A stretch of 64,000 bases of DNA. It comes from Chloroflexota bacterium (GTDB taxonomy: Bacteria > Chloroflexota > Dormibacteria > Dormibacterales > Dormibacteraceae). Position 1 is the first letter of the stretch; each line of letters starts with the position of its first letter. The notes under the pieces were generated by a model. That model saw only the letters and a program-made list of their open reading frames with translations, was not told the origin of the DNA and did not search any database. The position numbers and the translations under genes are program-made. This document shows, in pieces, positions 43,412 through 51,396 of this stretch. The stretch covers positions 25,498-89,497 of the forward strand of contig VBEG01000021.1 in assembly GCA_005882115.1 (NCBI GenBank), read 5' to 3'.

Positions 43412-44149
43412 CTAGGGGCCTCCGCGCACGTAGATCGTCTGCCCCGAGACGAAGCTCGACTCGTCGTTGCTGAGAAACGCGATCACGCTCGCGATGTCCT
43501 CTGGCTGACCGATTCTGCCGAGCGGAATCTGTGACGCGGCGCCAACCTTGAAGGCCTCGAAGTCGACGCCCATCCGCTCCGCGGTTGCGCGCGTCATGCG
43601 CGTCTCCACAAACCCTGGCGCGACAGCGTTGACGTTGATGTTGAAAGGCCCCAGCTCGATGGCCAGGGTCCGCGCCATGCCTTGCAGTCCCGCCTTGGCC
43701 GTGGAGTAGTTGGTCTGCCCACGGTTGCCGAGAGCCGACGTCGACGATAGAAAGACGATCTTTCCGTACTTCTGATCGACCATCGGCTTCTGCGCCGCTC
43801 GCGCGCAAAGAAACGCGCCTTTGAGGTGCGTGTCGATAACGGAATCCCAGTCGTCGTCGCTCATCTTGAAGAGAAGGTTGTCGCGAATGATGCCGGCGCA
43901 GCACACGAGCACATCGAGCCGGCCGAGCTCGCGCACGGCTCGCCCGACCATGTCCTCGACCTGCTCCCCACTCGTGACGTCGCATGCGACAGCGAGACCG
44001 CCGATCGGATTTGCTACCTGCTGAGCCGGCGCGATGTCCATATCGGACACGACCACGTGCGCGCCCTCACGCGCGAAGAGCTCGGCGGTCGCAGCTCCAA
44101 TCCCGCGACCTCCGCCGGTGACCAACGCAACGCGGTCCTTGAACCTCAC
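43412..44149 (-). CDS. short-chain dehydrogenase/reductase (3-oxoacyl-ACP reductase FabG-like)
   Basis: VALVTGGGRGIG, NAG and YSTAKAG motifs. GTG start overlaps the ggt stop (GTGA 44146-44149). Confidence 0.8.
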   Translation of the reverse strand: MRFKDRVALVTGGGRGIGAATAELFAREGAHVVVSDMDIAPAQQVANPIGGLAVACDVTSGEQVEDMVGRAVRELGRLDVLVCCAGIIRDNLLFKMSDDDWDSVIDTHLKGAFLCARAAQKPMVDQKYGKIVFLSSTSALGNRGQTNYSTAKAGLQGMARTLAIELGPFNINVNAVAPGFVETRMTRATAERMGVDFEAFKVGAASQIPLGRIGQPEDIASVIAFLSNDESSFVSGQTIYVRGGP

Positions 44150-45720
44150 TTGGTCTCCGTGTCGAACGCCGCGCCGCCATCCTTGCGAGGGTCCGACGCG
44201 CCCGAAAGGTATCCATCCTGCTCGCCGACGATGAGCTGCGGCCGCGCGAAGTACGTGTCGTAGTTCAGCGTGCGGCGATTCACCCTGTAGCCCAGCCGCT
44301 CGAGTCCCTCGCAGACCACACGCGGAAGCCGATGCTCGGCCTGCACGATGTCGCCCTGAAAATCGATGCGCGGCGCGCTCACCGCCTCGACCGGCGACAT
44401 GTCGTGGTCGAGCACGTTGACCAGAGTCTGGAGGATCGAGGACACGATCTTCGTCCCACCAGGTGCGCCTATGCACACGCGCAGCCTGTTTTTGTCGAAC
44501 ACCATGGTCGGGGTCATCATCGTCACCCTCGTCTTGCCTGGCCGCACCGAGTTGGGCCGCCCGGGCCGCGGGTCGAAGCAGTTCATGTAGTCGTTGTAGG
44601 AAAAGCCGAGGCCGGGGGTGACCACACCGCTCGACGAGCCCAACGTGTGGGAAAGCGAGACGGCGTTGCCCGCGTCATCCACGACGCAGACGTGCGTTGT
44701 GTCGGCGCGGTCCACGATCACCTCGCGTGCTTTCGCCGCGTAGTGCTTGTCGGCGAGCGCGCCGGTTGGGATGTCGACAAAACGCGGGTCGGCGATGTGC
44801 AGCTCGCGGTCGGCGACAGCCCAGGCCATCGCCTCGACCAGAAGACGTGCCGCCTCGGAGCTCGGCCAGCCGTGGGCGGCCAGGTCGTAGCCCTCGAGGA
44901 AGTTGAGCATCTGCAGCAGCGTGAGGCCGCCCGCTGGCGGGCCCGCGGCCACGACCGGCAGGCCCCGGTAGGTGCCGCGGATGGGCTCCGTTACGTTCAC
45001 GGTGTAGCCCTCCAGGTCCTCTTTGGTGATGAACCCGCCGTTGGCTTCGAAGTCAGCCGCCATCGCGTCGGCGATCTGCCCCTTGTAGAAGACGTCGGGG
45101 CCTTCGTGCGCAAGCCGCTCGAGCGTTCGCGCCAGGTCGGCCTGGACCATCAGCTCGCCGATCGCGTAGAGGGCGCCGTCGTGCGTGTAGATCGCCTTGG
45201 CGGCGGGCGTCGTCTGGATCCGTTGCGCGTTGGGCACGACGTCCGGGCCATAGTCCATGGTCCAGAAGCCGTGCACGTAACCGGTGACGGGAAAGCCGTC
45301 GCGGGCGAAGGGGATCGCTGGCTCGATCGCCTCCTCCCACGAGATCGTGCCGAACCTGGTCAGCGCCTCATGCAGGCCGGCCACTGTGCCCGGTACGGCG
45401 ACGGACTGATAGCCGACGTCGTTGACCCATCCCTCGAGCACGTATCCGTAGTGATCGGCTGCCTCGCGGATGAAGATCGACTCCCACTGATCCTCGCGTG
45501 TTCGCGAGCCCGCGGTGCCGTAGAACTCGAGCAGGGCGTCGCCGCCTTGCGCGCTGTGCACGAGCATCGCGCCGCACCCGCCGATGCTGCACATCTGCGG
45601 ATCGATGACGCCCTGCACGAACGCGCACGTGACGGCCGCATCAACGGCGTTGCCACCGCGCCGCATGACCTCGAGGCTGATCTCCGCCGCCTGGGGCTGC
45701 GGGCAGACGATGATGGCCAC
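44146..45720 (-). CDS. ggt: gamma-glutamyltranspeptidase family protein
   Basis: GGNAVDAAV, the autoprocessing/nucleophile region ADTTHVCVVD, and GAPGGTKI. Confidence 0.85.
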   Translation of the reverse strand: MAIIVCPQPQAAEISLEVMRRGGNAVDAAVTCAFVQGVIDPQMCSIGGCGAMLVHSAQGGDALLEFYGTAGSRTREDQWESIFIREAADHYGYVLEGWVNDVGYQSVAVPGTVAGLHEALTRFGTISWEEAIEPAIPFARDGFPVTGYVHGFWTMDYGPDVVPNAQRIQTTPAAKAIYTHDGALYAIGELMVQADLARTLERLAHEGPDVFYKGQIADAMAADFEANGGFITKEDLEGYTVNVTEPIRGTYRGLPVVAAGPPAGGLTLLQMLNFLEGYDLAAHGWPSSEAARLLVEAMAWAVADRELHIADPRFVDIPTGALADKHYAAKAREVIVDRADTTHVCVVDDAGNAVSLSHTLGSSSGVVTPGLGFSYNDYMNCFDPRPGRPNSVRPGKTRVTMMTPTMVFDKNRLRVCIGAPGGTKIVSSILQTLVNVLDHDMSPVEAVSAPRIDFQGDIVQAEHRLPRVVCEGLERLGYRVNRRTLNYDTYFARPQLIVGEQDGYLSGASDPRKDGGAAFDTETK

Positions 45721-45763
45721 GGAGGTAAGTTAGTCCAAACCGAAGGCCCCTCCGGCGGACTTT

Positions 45764-45786
45764 CCTTCCCCGCTTGCCGGGGAAGG
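45764..45786. repeat. TCCCC/GGGGA hairpin element (9-bp stem)
   Basis: ccttccccg cttgc cggggaagg. Confidence 0.7.
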
Positions 45787-45826
45787 TGGGCCCGTCGCGC
45801 AGCGACCGGACCGGATGGGGCCGCCA

Positions 45827-45846
45827 CCTCCCCATGAATGGGGAGG
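45827..45846. terminator. TCCCC/GGGGA hairpin element (8-bp stem, TGAA loop) directly 3' of the kinase gene
   Basis: cctcccca tgaa tggggagg, followed by agtt. Near-identical copy at 61095-61114. Confidence 0.5.
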
Positions 45847-45857
45847 AGTTCCGGACG

Positions 45858-47219
45858 TTAGCCGGGCAGCTCGATCGTGAACGTGCTGCCGGCGCCGGGG
45901 GCGGTTTTCACCCGGATCGTCCCTCCGTGCCGCTCGACGACACGCCGCGCAATCGCGAGTCCCAACCCGCTACCCGAGTCGCTGCGCTGAAAACGCTCGA
46001 ACAATCGGGGCAGGCGATCTTCTTCGATCCCGGGTCCTCTGTCAGCTACCGCGATCATCGGTCCGGTCGAGCCACGATCGACGCGCAGCGTCACCTTCGC
46101 TCCAGGCGGGCTCACACGCACCGCGTTATCCACCAGGTTGGCGACCGCCTCGCGCAACAGGTCCTTGTCGGCGTTGATCCGCGTGTGGTCGGTTACGTCG
46201 GTGACCAGCTCGACGCCGGAGGTCGAGGCCTGCGCCGTGTATGCGCGAACGACATCAGCCGTCAGCTCAGCAAGGTCGACCAGCTCTCGGCGCAACGGCA
46301 CATCTTCGTCCGCGTGCGCGAGCGAGCGAAGGCGGGCCAGCATCCGCTTCATCCGCTCGGCCTCGGCGACGCTGTCGTCCACAGCATCCTCGGCCGGCTT
46401 GCCGCGATTCGCGCGCCTCAGGATCGACAGGTTGGTCATGATCGTCGCAAGTGGCGTCGCCACCTGATGCGAAACATCGGTCAGGAATCGCCGCTGCGCG
46501 GTCAGGACACCAGCCAGCTGTTCGTTTGCGCGCGCCTGCGCCTCGATCGCGCGATTCATTCGGTAGATCATCGGCAGCACGACCAGGGGCAGCGGCGCAG
46601 CGATGGGCGCTTCGACCGCCAGCACTGAGACCGTCACGGCGCACGCGCCAAGGGTGAGCGACGCAGGCCACGTGGCTGAGAGGGCTTGGCGAAGCAACGT
46701 GAGGTACGGGCGCCCGCTGTGCAGCGCAGCCGGAAGCACCGCGAGGCCGAGGTTCACCACCAGATAGACGAGCCCCGCCAAGGCGGCGCGAAAGTCCTGC
46801 AGGGCGTCGCTGTCATGGCCGATCACCCCGATGAATGCCGCCAGCGCCGCTGCGGCCAGAGTGTTGCCGGCGTTGAACGCGCTCTCCGGCCAGGTCCGGC
46901 GGACGAGGACGTTGCCGGCGAGCACACCGGCAGCCGCTGTCACCGGTCCGATCCCGCGCGGCAGCATCAAGGCGGCCACGATGCAGGGCAGCGCGCCGAG
47001 ACTGATCTTCTGCTGGAGGCCGATCTTCACCGGGAATCTCTCCGCGAGAACGATCGAGAGAAAGCACCCCGGAACCAGCACCCAGCGCCAGGGCTCGGCG
47101 ACCTCGAATGCGGTGCCCGCGGTGGCTGCAACGACCGCCGCGAGCACGATACCAAGCGCCGGAACTCCGACGATCGATGCCTTCAGCGGCCTTGGGAAGG
47201 TCGTGAAGGCGGGGCTCAT
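45858..47219 (-). CDS. sensor histidine kinase with polytopic N-terminal membrane domain
   Basis: H-box FLTDVSHQVATPL, N-box LVDNAV and G-boxes DRGPGI / GSGLGLAI. About 8 N-terminal TMS and no obvious periplasmic domain. Confidence 0.85.
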   Translation of the reverse strand: MSPAFTTFPRPLKASIVGVPALGIVLAAVVAATAGTAFEVAEPWRWVLVPGCFLSIVLAERFPVKIGLQQKISLGALPCIVAALMLPRGIGPVTAAAGVLAGNVLVRRTWPESAFNAGNTLAAAALAAFIGVIGHDSDALQDFRAALAGLVYLVVNLGLAVLPAALHSGRPYLTLLRQALSATWPASLTLGACAVTVSVLAVEAPIAAPLPLVVLPMIYRMNRAIEAQARANEQLAGVLTAQRRFLTDVSHQVATPLATIMTNLSILRRANRGKPAEDAVDDSVAEAERMKRMLARLRSLAHADEDVPLRRELVDLAELTADVVRAYTAQASTSGVELVTDVTDHTRINADKDLLREAVANLVDNAVRVSPPGAKVTLRVDRGSTGPMIAVADRGPGIEEDRLPRLFERFQRSDSGSGLGLAIARRVVERHGGTIRVKTAPGAGSTFTIELPG

Positions 47220-47224
47220 GGTCC

Positions 47225-47608
47225 TCAGCTCCTGGGCACGTCCAGGTATAGGGTCACCACCGAGCCGCCGGCGCCCACTGCGGAAGCCGAGACCTGGTAG
47301 CGGTTCACGCTGCTCGTGACGCGGGCGCTGCTGAGGCCGGCAGGCAGGTAAACGTGAACCGTGATCAGCGTGCCACCCCTGCCGTCCGGAGCGGTCGAGG
47401 CGTCGCTCCGGAAGTCGTTCAGGTAGTGCACCTCTGGCTGGAGGACCGTGACGTAGGTGTTCACCGTCAGGTTGGCGCCCGCACCGGTCACCGTCCTGGC
47501 AGGCGGATCCGCCGAGCACCACATGATGTTCGCCGAAGCGCTGCCCGTCCCTCCGATCACCATCGCCATCGCCGCCACCACGCCCGTCACCACGCTTCGC
47601 GCTTTCAT
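47225..47608 (-). CDS. small secreted hypothetical protein encoded between the response regulator and the kinase
   Basis: Signal peptide (…GGTGSASA/NIM), then a ~100-aa beta-rich mature part. 5-nt and 13-nt gaps to its neighbours. Confidence 0.55.
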   Translation of the reverse strand: MKARSVVTGVVAAMAMVIGGTGSASANIMWCSADPPARTVTGAGANLTVNTYVTVLQPEVHYLNDFRSDASTAPDGRGGTLITVHVYLPAGLSSARVTSSVNRYQVSASAVGAGGSVVTLYLDVPRS

Positions 47609-47621
47609 CTCGCCATGCTCC

Positions 47622-48302
47622 CTATTCGGTACCGAACCTGTAACCCAGGCCGCGTACGGTTTGAATCAGCCTCGAGCGCCCGTCTTGCTCGAGCTTTTGG
47701 CGGATCCGAGAGATGTGGACCTCGAGTGAGTTCGATTCGGGCCCGGTCGTGACCGCCCACACAGCCTCCGCCAGCTGAGCGTAGGTGACGAGCTGGCCGC
47801 TGTTGCGCATCAACGCGGTCAGGATTCGGAACTCGATGCCGGTCAGCGACAGCCGACGGCCTGCCCGTGTGGCAATGCCCTCGCTCAGATCGACCATGAC
47901 GTCGGCGGCAGAAAGACGAGCGCCACCCTTGCCTCGGTGCCGGCGGATGACCGCTTCGACGCGTGCCATCAGCTCTTCAAGGGCGAACGGCTTGGTCACG
48001 TAGTCGTCGGCACCGAGCTTCAGGCCGGCGATCCGGTCGCTGACCGAGGAACGGGCGCTGATGCCGACAAGCGCGGCGTCGGTCTCGGCGCGAAACGCCT
48101 CGAACAGCTCCGGTCCCTCGTTGTCGGGCAGCATCAGGTCGAGAAGGACGACGTCCGGGTTCCACTGCCGGACAAGGTCCAGGCCGCGGCCTGCCGAGTC
48201 GACGGCACGCACCGTGTAACCCTCTTCACCCAGCCCTGTGGCGACCGCCCGCGCGAGGCGACGGTCGTCCTCCACAAGGGCGACTTTCCACTTGATGGTC
48301 AT
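47622..48302 (-). CDS. OmpR-family response regulator
   Basis: Receiver (VALVEDD...DVVLLDLMLPD...KP) plus wHTH (LTGIEFRILTAL...VHISRIRQKL...VRGLGYRF). Confidence 0.9.
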   Translation of the reverse strand: MTIKWKVALVEDDRRLARAVATGLGEEGYTVRAVDSAGRGLDLVRQWNPDVVLLDLMLPDNEGPELFEAFRAETDAALVGISARSSVSDRIAGLKLGADDYVTKPFALEELMARVEAVIRRHRGKGGARLSAADVMVDLSEGIATRAGRRLSLTGIEFRILTALMRNSGQLVTYAQLAEAVWAVTTGPESNSLEVHISRIRQKLEQDGRSRLIQTVRGLGYRFGTE

Positions 48303-48387
48303 CGCGACGAGATTGTCCCACGGAACTTGCGCGAACTCGACCCGATAACGCGTAACCGCCTCCGCCGGCGAGGCGTTCGTAAAAAAC

Positions 48388-49110
48388 GTGGGCCGACGCT
48401 CCTCCCTGCGCAGGCTCGCGCTCGCCTTCGCCGAGCTGGCCGTGATCGTGCTCGCAGGAGGAGCCGTGGTGTGGGTCTCCTCACCCGACCCGAGCGACAT
48501 CCAGGCGCGGGTCAAGGCTCTGACCGAGGCGCGCGGCGTCCCGATGCTGGGCGAAAACGACGTGCCCCCGCTGTTGGCGGACGCCGTGGTGGCCACCGAA
48601 GACGAGCGCTTTTACTCGCACCACGGGATCGACTCGATCGGGCTCAGCCGCGCGCTCCTCTACGACGTGACCAACCTGTGCCTCTGCCAGGGCGGCTCCA
48701 CGATCACCGCGCAGCTCGCGAAGGACGTCTACCTTGGCGGATCGGACCGCGGGTACAACAAGGTGAAGGACATGGCACTGGCCCTCAAGATCGAACGCGT
48801 GCTGACCAAGCGTCAGATCCTCGCGGACTATCTGAGCGAGATCACGACCGGGTACGGCCACTACGGGGTGACCGAGGCGGCGTGCGTGTACTTCCACGCG
48901 CCGCTGGGGAGCCTGACCCTCGGCCAGTACGCCCTCCTCGCGGGAGTGACGCAAGCACCCTCGATCTATGACCCCACCGTCAATCCCGATGCTGCCCGCC
49001 AGCGGCGCTCACAGGTCCTTGCCCAGATGGTCGCCGAGCACTACATCACGGCCGCGCAGAGGGACAAGGCGAACGCCGAGCCGGTGGTCGCGGCTGGGCC
49101 GGGCTGCTGA
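48388..49110 (+). CDS. monofunctional peptidoglycan glycosyltransferase (GT51)
   Basis: ATEDERFYSHHGID, GGSTITAQLAK and RKxxE-like motifs. N-terminal TM anchor. No transpeptidase domain. Confidence 0.8.
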   Translation: MGRRSSLRRLALAFAELAVIVLAGGAVVWVSSPDPSDIQARVKALTEARGVPMLGENDVPPLLADAVVATEDERFYSHHGIDSIGLSRALLYDVTNLCLCQGGSTITAQLAKDVYLGGSDRGYNKVKDMALALKIERVLTKRQILADYLSEITTGYGHYGVTEAACVYFHAPLGSLTLGQYALLAGVTQAPSIYDPTVNPDAARQRRSQVLAQMVAEHYITAAQRDKANAEPVVAAGPGC

Positions 49111-49179
49111 GCGGCCCCATCCCCGGCTTTTTACCCCACGGAGTATTCGACTCCGCGGGGGCCCCCTTGAAGCCGGGTG

Positions 49180-49198
49180 CTTCCCCCAAGCGGGGAAG
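49180..49198. terminator. TCCCC/GGGGA hairpin between convergent genes
   Basis: cttcccc caagc ggggaag, followed by agttt. A second hairpin (ccccacggag tattcga ctccgcgggg) lies just upstream. Confidence 0.4.
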
Positions 49199-49204
49199 AG
49201 TTTG

Positions 49205-50308
49205 CTAACCCCAGGCCAGAGGCGAGGTCGCGTCGAACCCGTTGTTCGTCGTCACCTGGATCGGCTTGACAGGCACGACGGGGCTCGGCGACTCGGCGGG
49301 CGATGCACCGGGGCTCCGTGAAGCCGTCGGTATGGGCGCGTAAGCAGCCTTGGGCAGAAACCAGAGCTGGAACGGCCCCGCCGGAACGCCTGGCGCGAGG
49401 TACGCGATGCCCGACCCATCCGGCGCCCAGATGGGCTGCGCGACCAACTGGTTGGAGATGATCGCCTTGCGCGCCCCTAAGGTGCTGCCGTTCCACGACG
49501 CGATGACCAGGTACGAAACCTGCTTCTCGTAGGTACAGATCATCGCGATCTGGGTGCCGCTCGGCGACACGGCCGGGCTGCGGCAATCCTCGCCGGCACT
49601 CGTCAATGGCTTGCCTGCCGCACGAGCGCGATTGGTGAACCAGAGCTGTCCGACCAGCTTGGTGTCGGGCCCGTAGCCGTATTTCGTGTAGATCATTCCG
49701 GTCTTGACGGGAATCGGCTGTACATCGCCGCCTGAGTAGTCGTTGGCGCTGGTCCAGAGCTTGCCCTGCTTGATCGTCCCGCTGAGCGGCATCGCCCAGA
49801 CCGACATGATCACGTTATAGCCGTACTTCGGTTGGTCATAGGCAAACCACAAGGTTTTGCCGTCTGGGCTCAGGCGTGGGTAGAAGGCCCAATGGTTGGC
49901 GCCTGTGTCTCGGTTGCGCGGAGGAGCGGCGTTGTTGGTCACGCGTTTCGTCACCGACCCGAACCGGTTGAGCACGTATACGTCTGAATACCTGCCGTTC
50001 GTCTTGATGGCGAGAAGGTGAGTGCCGTCGGGAACCAATGCCGGCATCGTCCAACCAGCTTCCGGTGTCAGCTGGTGAAAGCGCCCGACGCTCAGGCTGT
50101 ACAGGGCGCCTTGCTGAACGATGTAGATCGTTCCGGGCAGCGTGTATGCCTGAGGCCGTGGTGTGGATGCGGTGGGCTTCTGCGGCGGAGCGGCGACCTT
50201 GGATGTCTTCGATGCCAGCACCAGATAAGTCGTAGGACCGGCAGCCAGCATCACGACCACGAGAACGATTCCAAGCAGGAAGCGACTGATCATGGAGCGA
50301 CTGATCAT
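49205..50308 (-). CDS. membrane-anchored PD40 / TolB-like beta-propeller repeat protein
   Basis: Repeated SPDGK / SPSGTQIA / APDGSGIAY motifs. N-terminal TM. ATG at 50308 overlaps the LCP stop (ATGA). Confidence 0.65.
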   Translation of the reverse strand: MISRSMISRFLLGIVLVVVMLAAGPTTYLVLASKTSKVAAPPQKPTASTPRPQAYTLPGTIYIVQQGALYSLSVGRFHQLTPEAGWTMPALVPDGTHLLAIKTNGRYSDVYVLNRFGSVTKRVTNNAAPPRNRDTGANHWAFYPRLSPDGKTLWFAYDQPKYGYNVIMSVWAMPLSGTIKQGKLWTSANDYSGGDVQPIPVKTGMIYTKYGYGPDTKLVGQLWFTNRARAAGKPLTSAGEDCRSPAVSPSGTQIAMICTYEKQVSYLVIASWNGSTLGARKAIISNQLVAQPIWAPDGSGIAYLAPGVPAGPFQLWFLPKAAYAPIPTASRSPGASPAESPSPVVPVKPIQVTTNNGFDATSPLAWG

Positions 50309-51327
50309 GGAAAGTACTGATGCACCAGGGGCAAGATCAAGCTCCAATTGGCTGTGATGCTGCCACCGGGGCCGCCTCCGTGCGTGTAGGGCGGAAGCAA
50401 GACGATCTGACGGATCGCGTCTGGATTGTCAAAGCTCGCCGCCAGCGGTAGAAGTGCAGCGACCTTGGATAAGCCGATGCTTGTTTTCAGCTCACCGCCA
50501 AGCGCCGCCGACAGCGCGGGAAGATCCTCGGGGGACAGCTGTTTGGCCTTCTGACGGATCGCGAGCAGCACTTGCTGCTGCCGCTGCGATCGCCCGAAGT
50601 CGCTCTGCAAGTCGCCGTGCCGGGAGCGCACGTACTGCATGGCATGTATCCCATCGAGATGCTGAGGCCCGCCGAGGACAGCGACACGTTGATAGTCGTA
50701 AGCAGAATGGCTTGCGATGTCTGAGGGGTAGTAGTCGTCCAACACGGGATGACTCGTGACCACGTCAACGCCGCCTACGGCGTCGATCAGTTTGATCAGA
50801 CCCAGCAGACCGACCCAGATGTAGTCATTTATCTGGACTCCGAAATCCTGAGAAACGGTCGCCATCGCGGCTCCTGGACCGCCGTACGAGTACGCGCCGT
50901 CGATCTTGCCAAAGCCGCCCGTTGAGAGATGCACGTACAGGTCGCGAGGGATCGACAGCATCGTCACCTGCTTGGTCGAAGGGACCACCCGGACCAGGAT
51001 CATCGACTGCGTCAGGACATGGTCGGCGTTGAACTTCGAGTCGTCGTCGGAGCCGAGGAGGAGGACGGTGAACGCGCCGGTCACGGGGCTCAGTGCAGGC
51101 TTCTGCGGCGACGGCGACAGCAAGATGTCCGTAGGAGAAGGTGTGGGGACCTTGACGACCTGGCCGGCCGACTCGATCGCGAACTGCGCGGCCGGCAGGA
51201 AATATGCAAGACCACCCGCCACCGACGACAGAGCGATGGCAAGCAAGACGAGGAAGCTTGTGCGTAGTGGGCTAAGCCGCCGGCGTGAAGCTCTTATGCG
51301 GTGCCCCGGTCTAAGGCCGAGAGGCAC
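50305..51327 (-). CDS. LytR-CpsA-Psr (LCP) family cell-wall glycopolymer ligase
   Basis: LLLGSDD...TQSMILVRV...SIPRDL...INDYI pattern after an N-terminal TM. Confidence 0.8.
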   Translation of the reverse strand: MPLGLRPGHRIRASRRRLSPLRTSFLVLLAIALSSVAGGLAYFLPAAQFAIESAGQVVKVPTPSPTDILLSPSPQKPALSPVTGAFTVLLLGSDDDSKFNADHVLTQSMILVRVVPSTKQVTMLSIPRDLYVHLSTGGFGKIDGAYSYGGPGAAMATVSQDFGVQINDYIWVGLLGLIKLIDAVGGVDVVTSHPVLDDYYPSDIASHSAYDYQRVAVLGGPQHLDGIHAMQYVRSRHGDLQSDFGRSQRQQQVLLAIRQKAKQLSPEDLPALSAALGGELKTSIGLSKVAALLPLAASFDNPDAIRQIVLLPPYTHGGGPGGSITANWSLILPLVHQYFP

Positions 51328-51396
51328 GGGGGAGCATTCTAGACCCTGGGGCGGTGTTGCTTTGTAAGCGTGCTGTTAACGGTCCTGTAGGACCGC

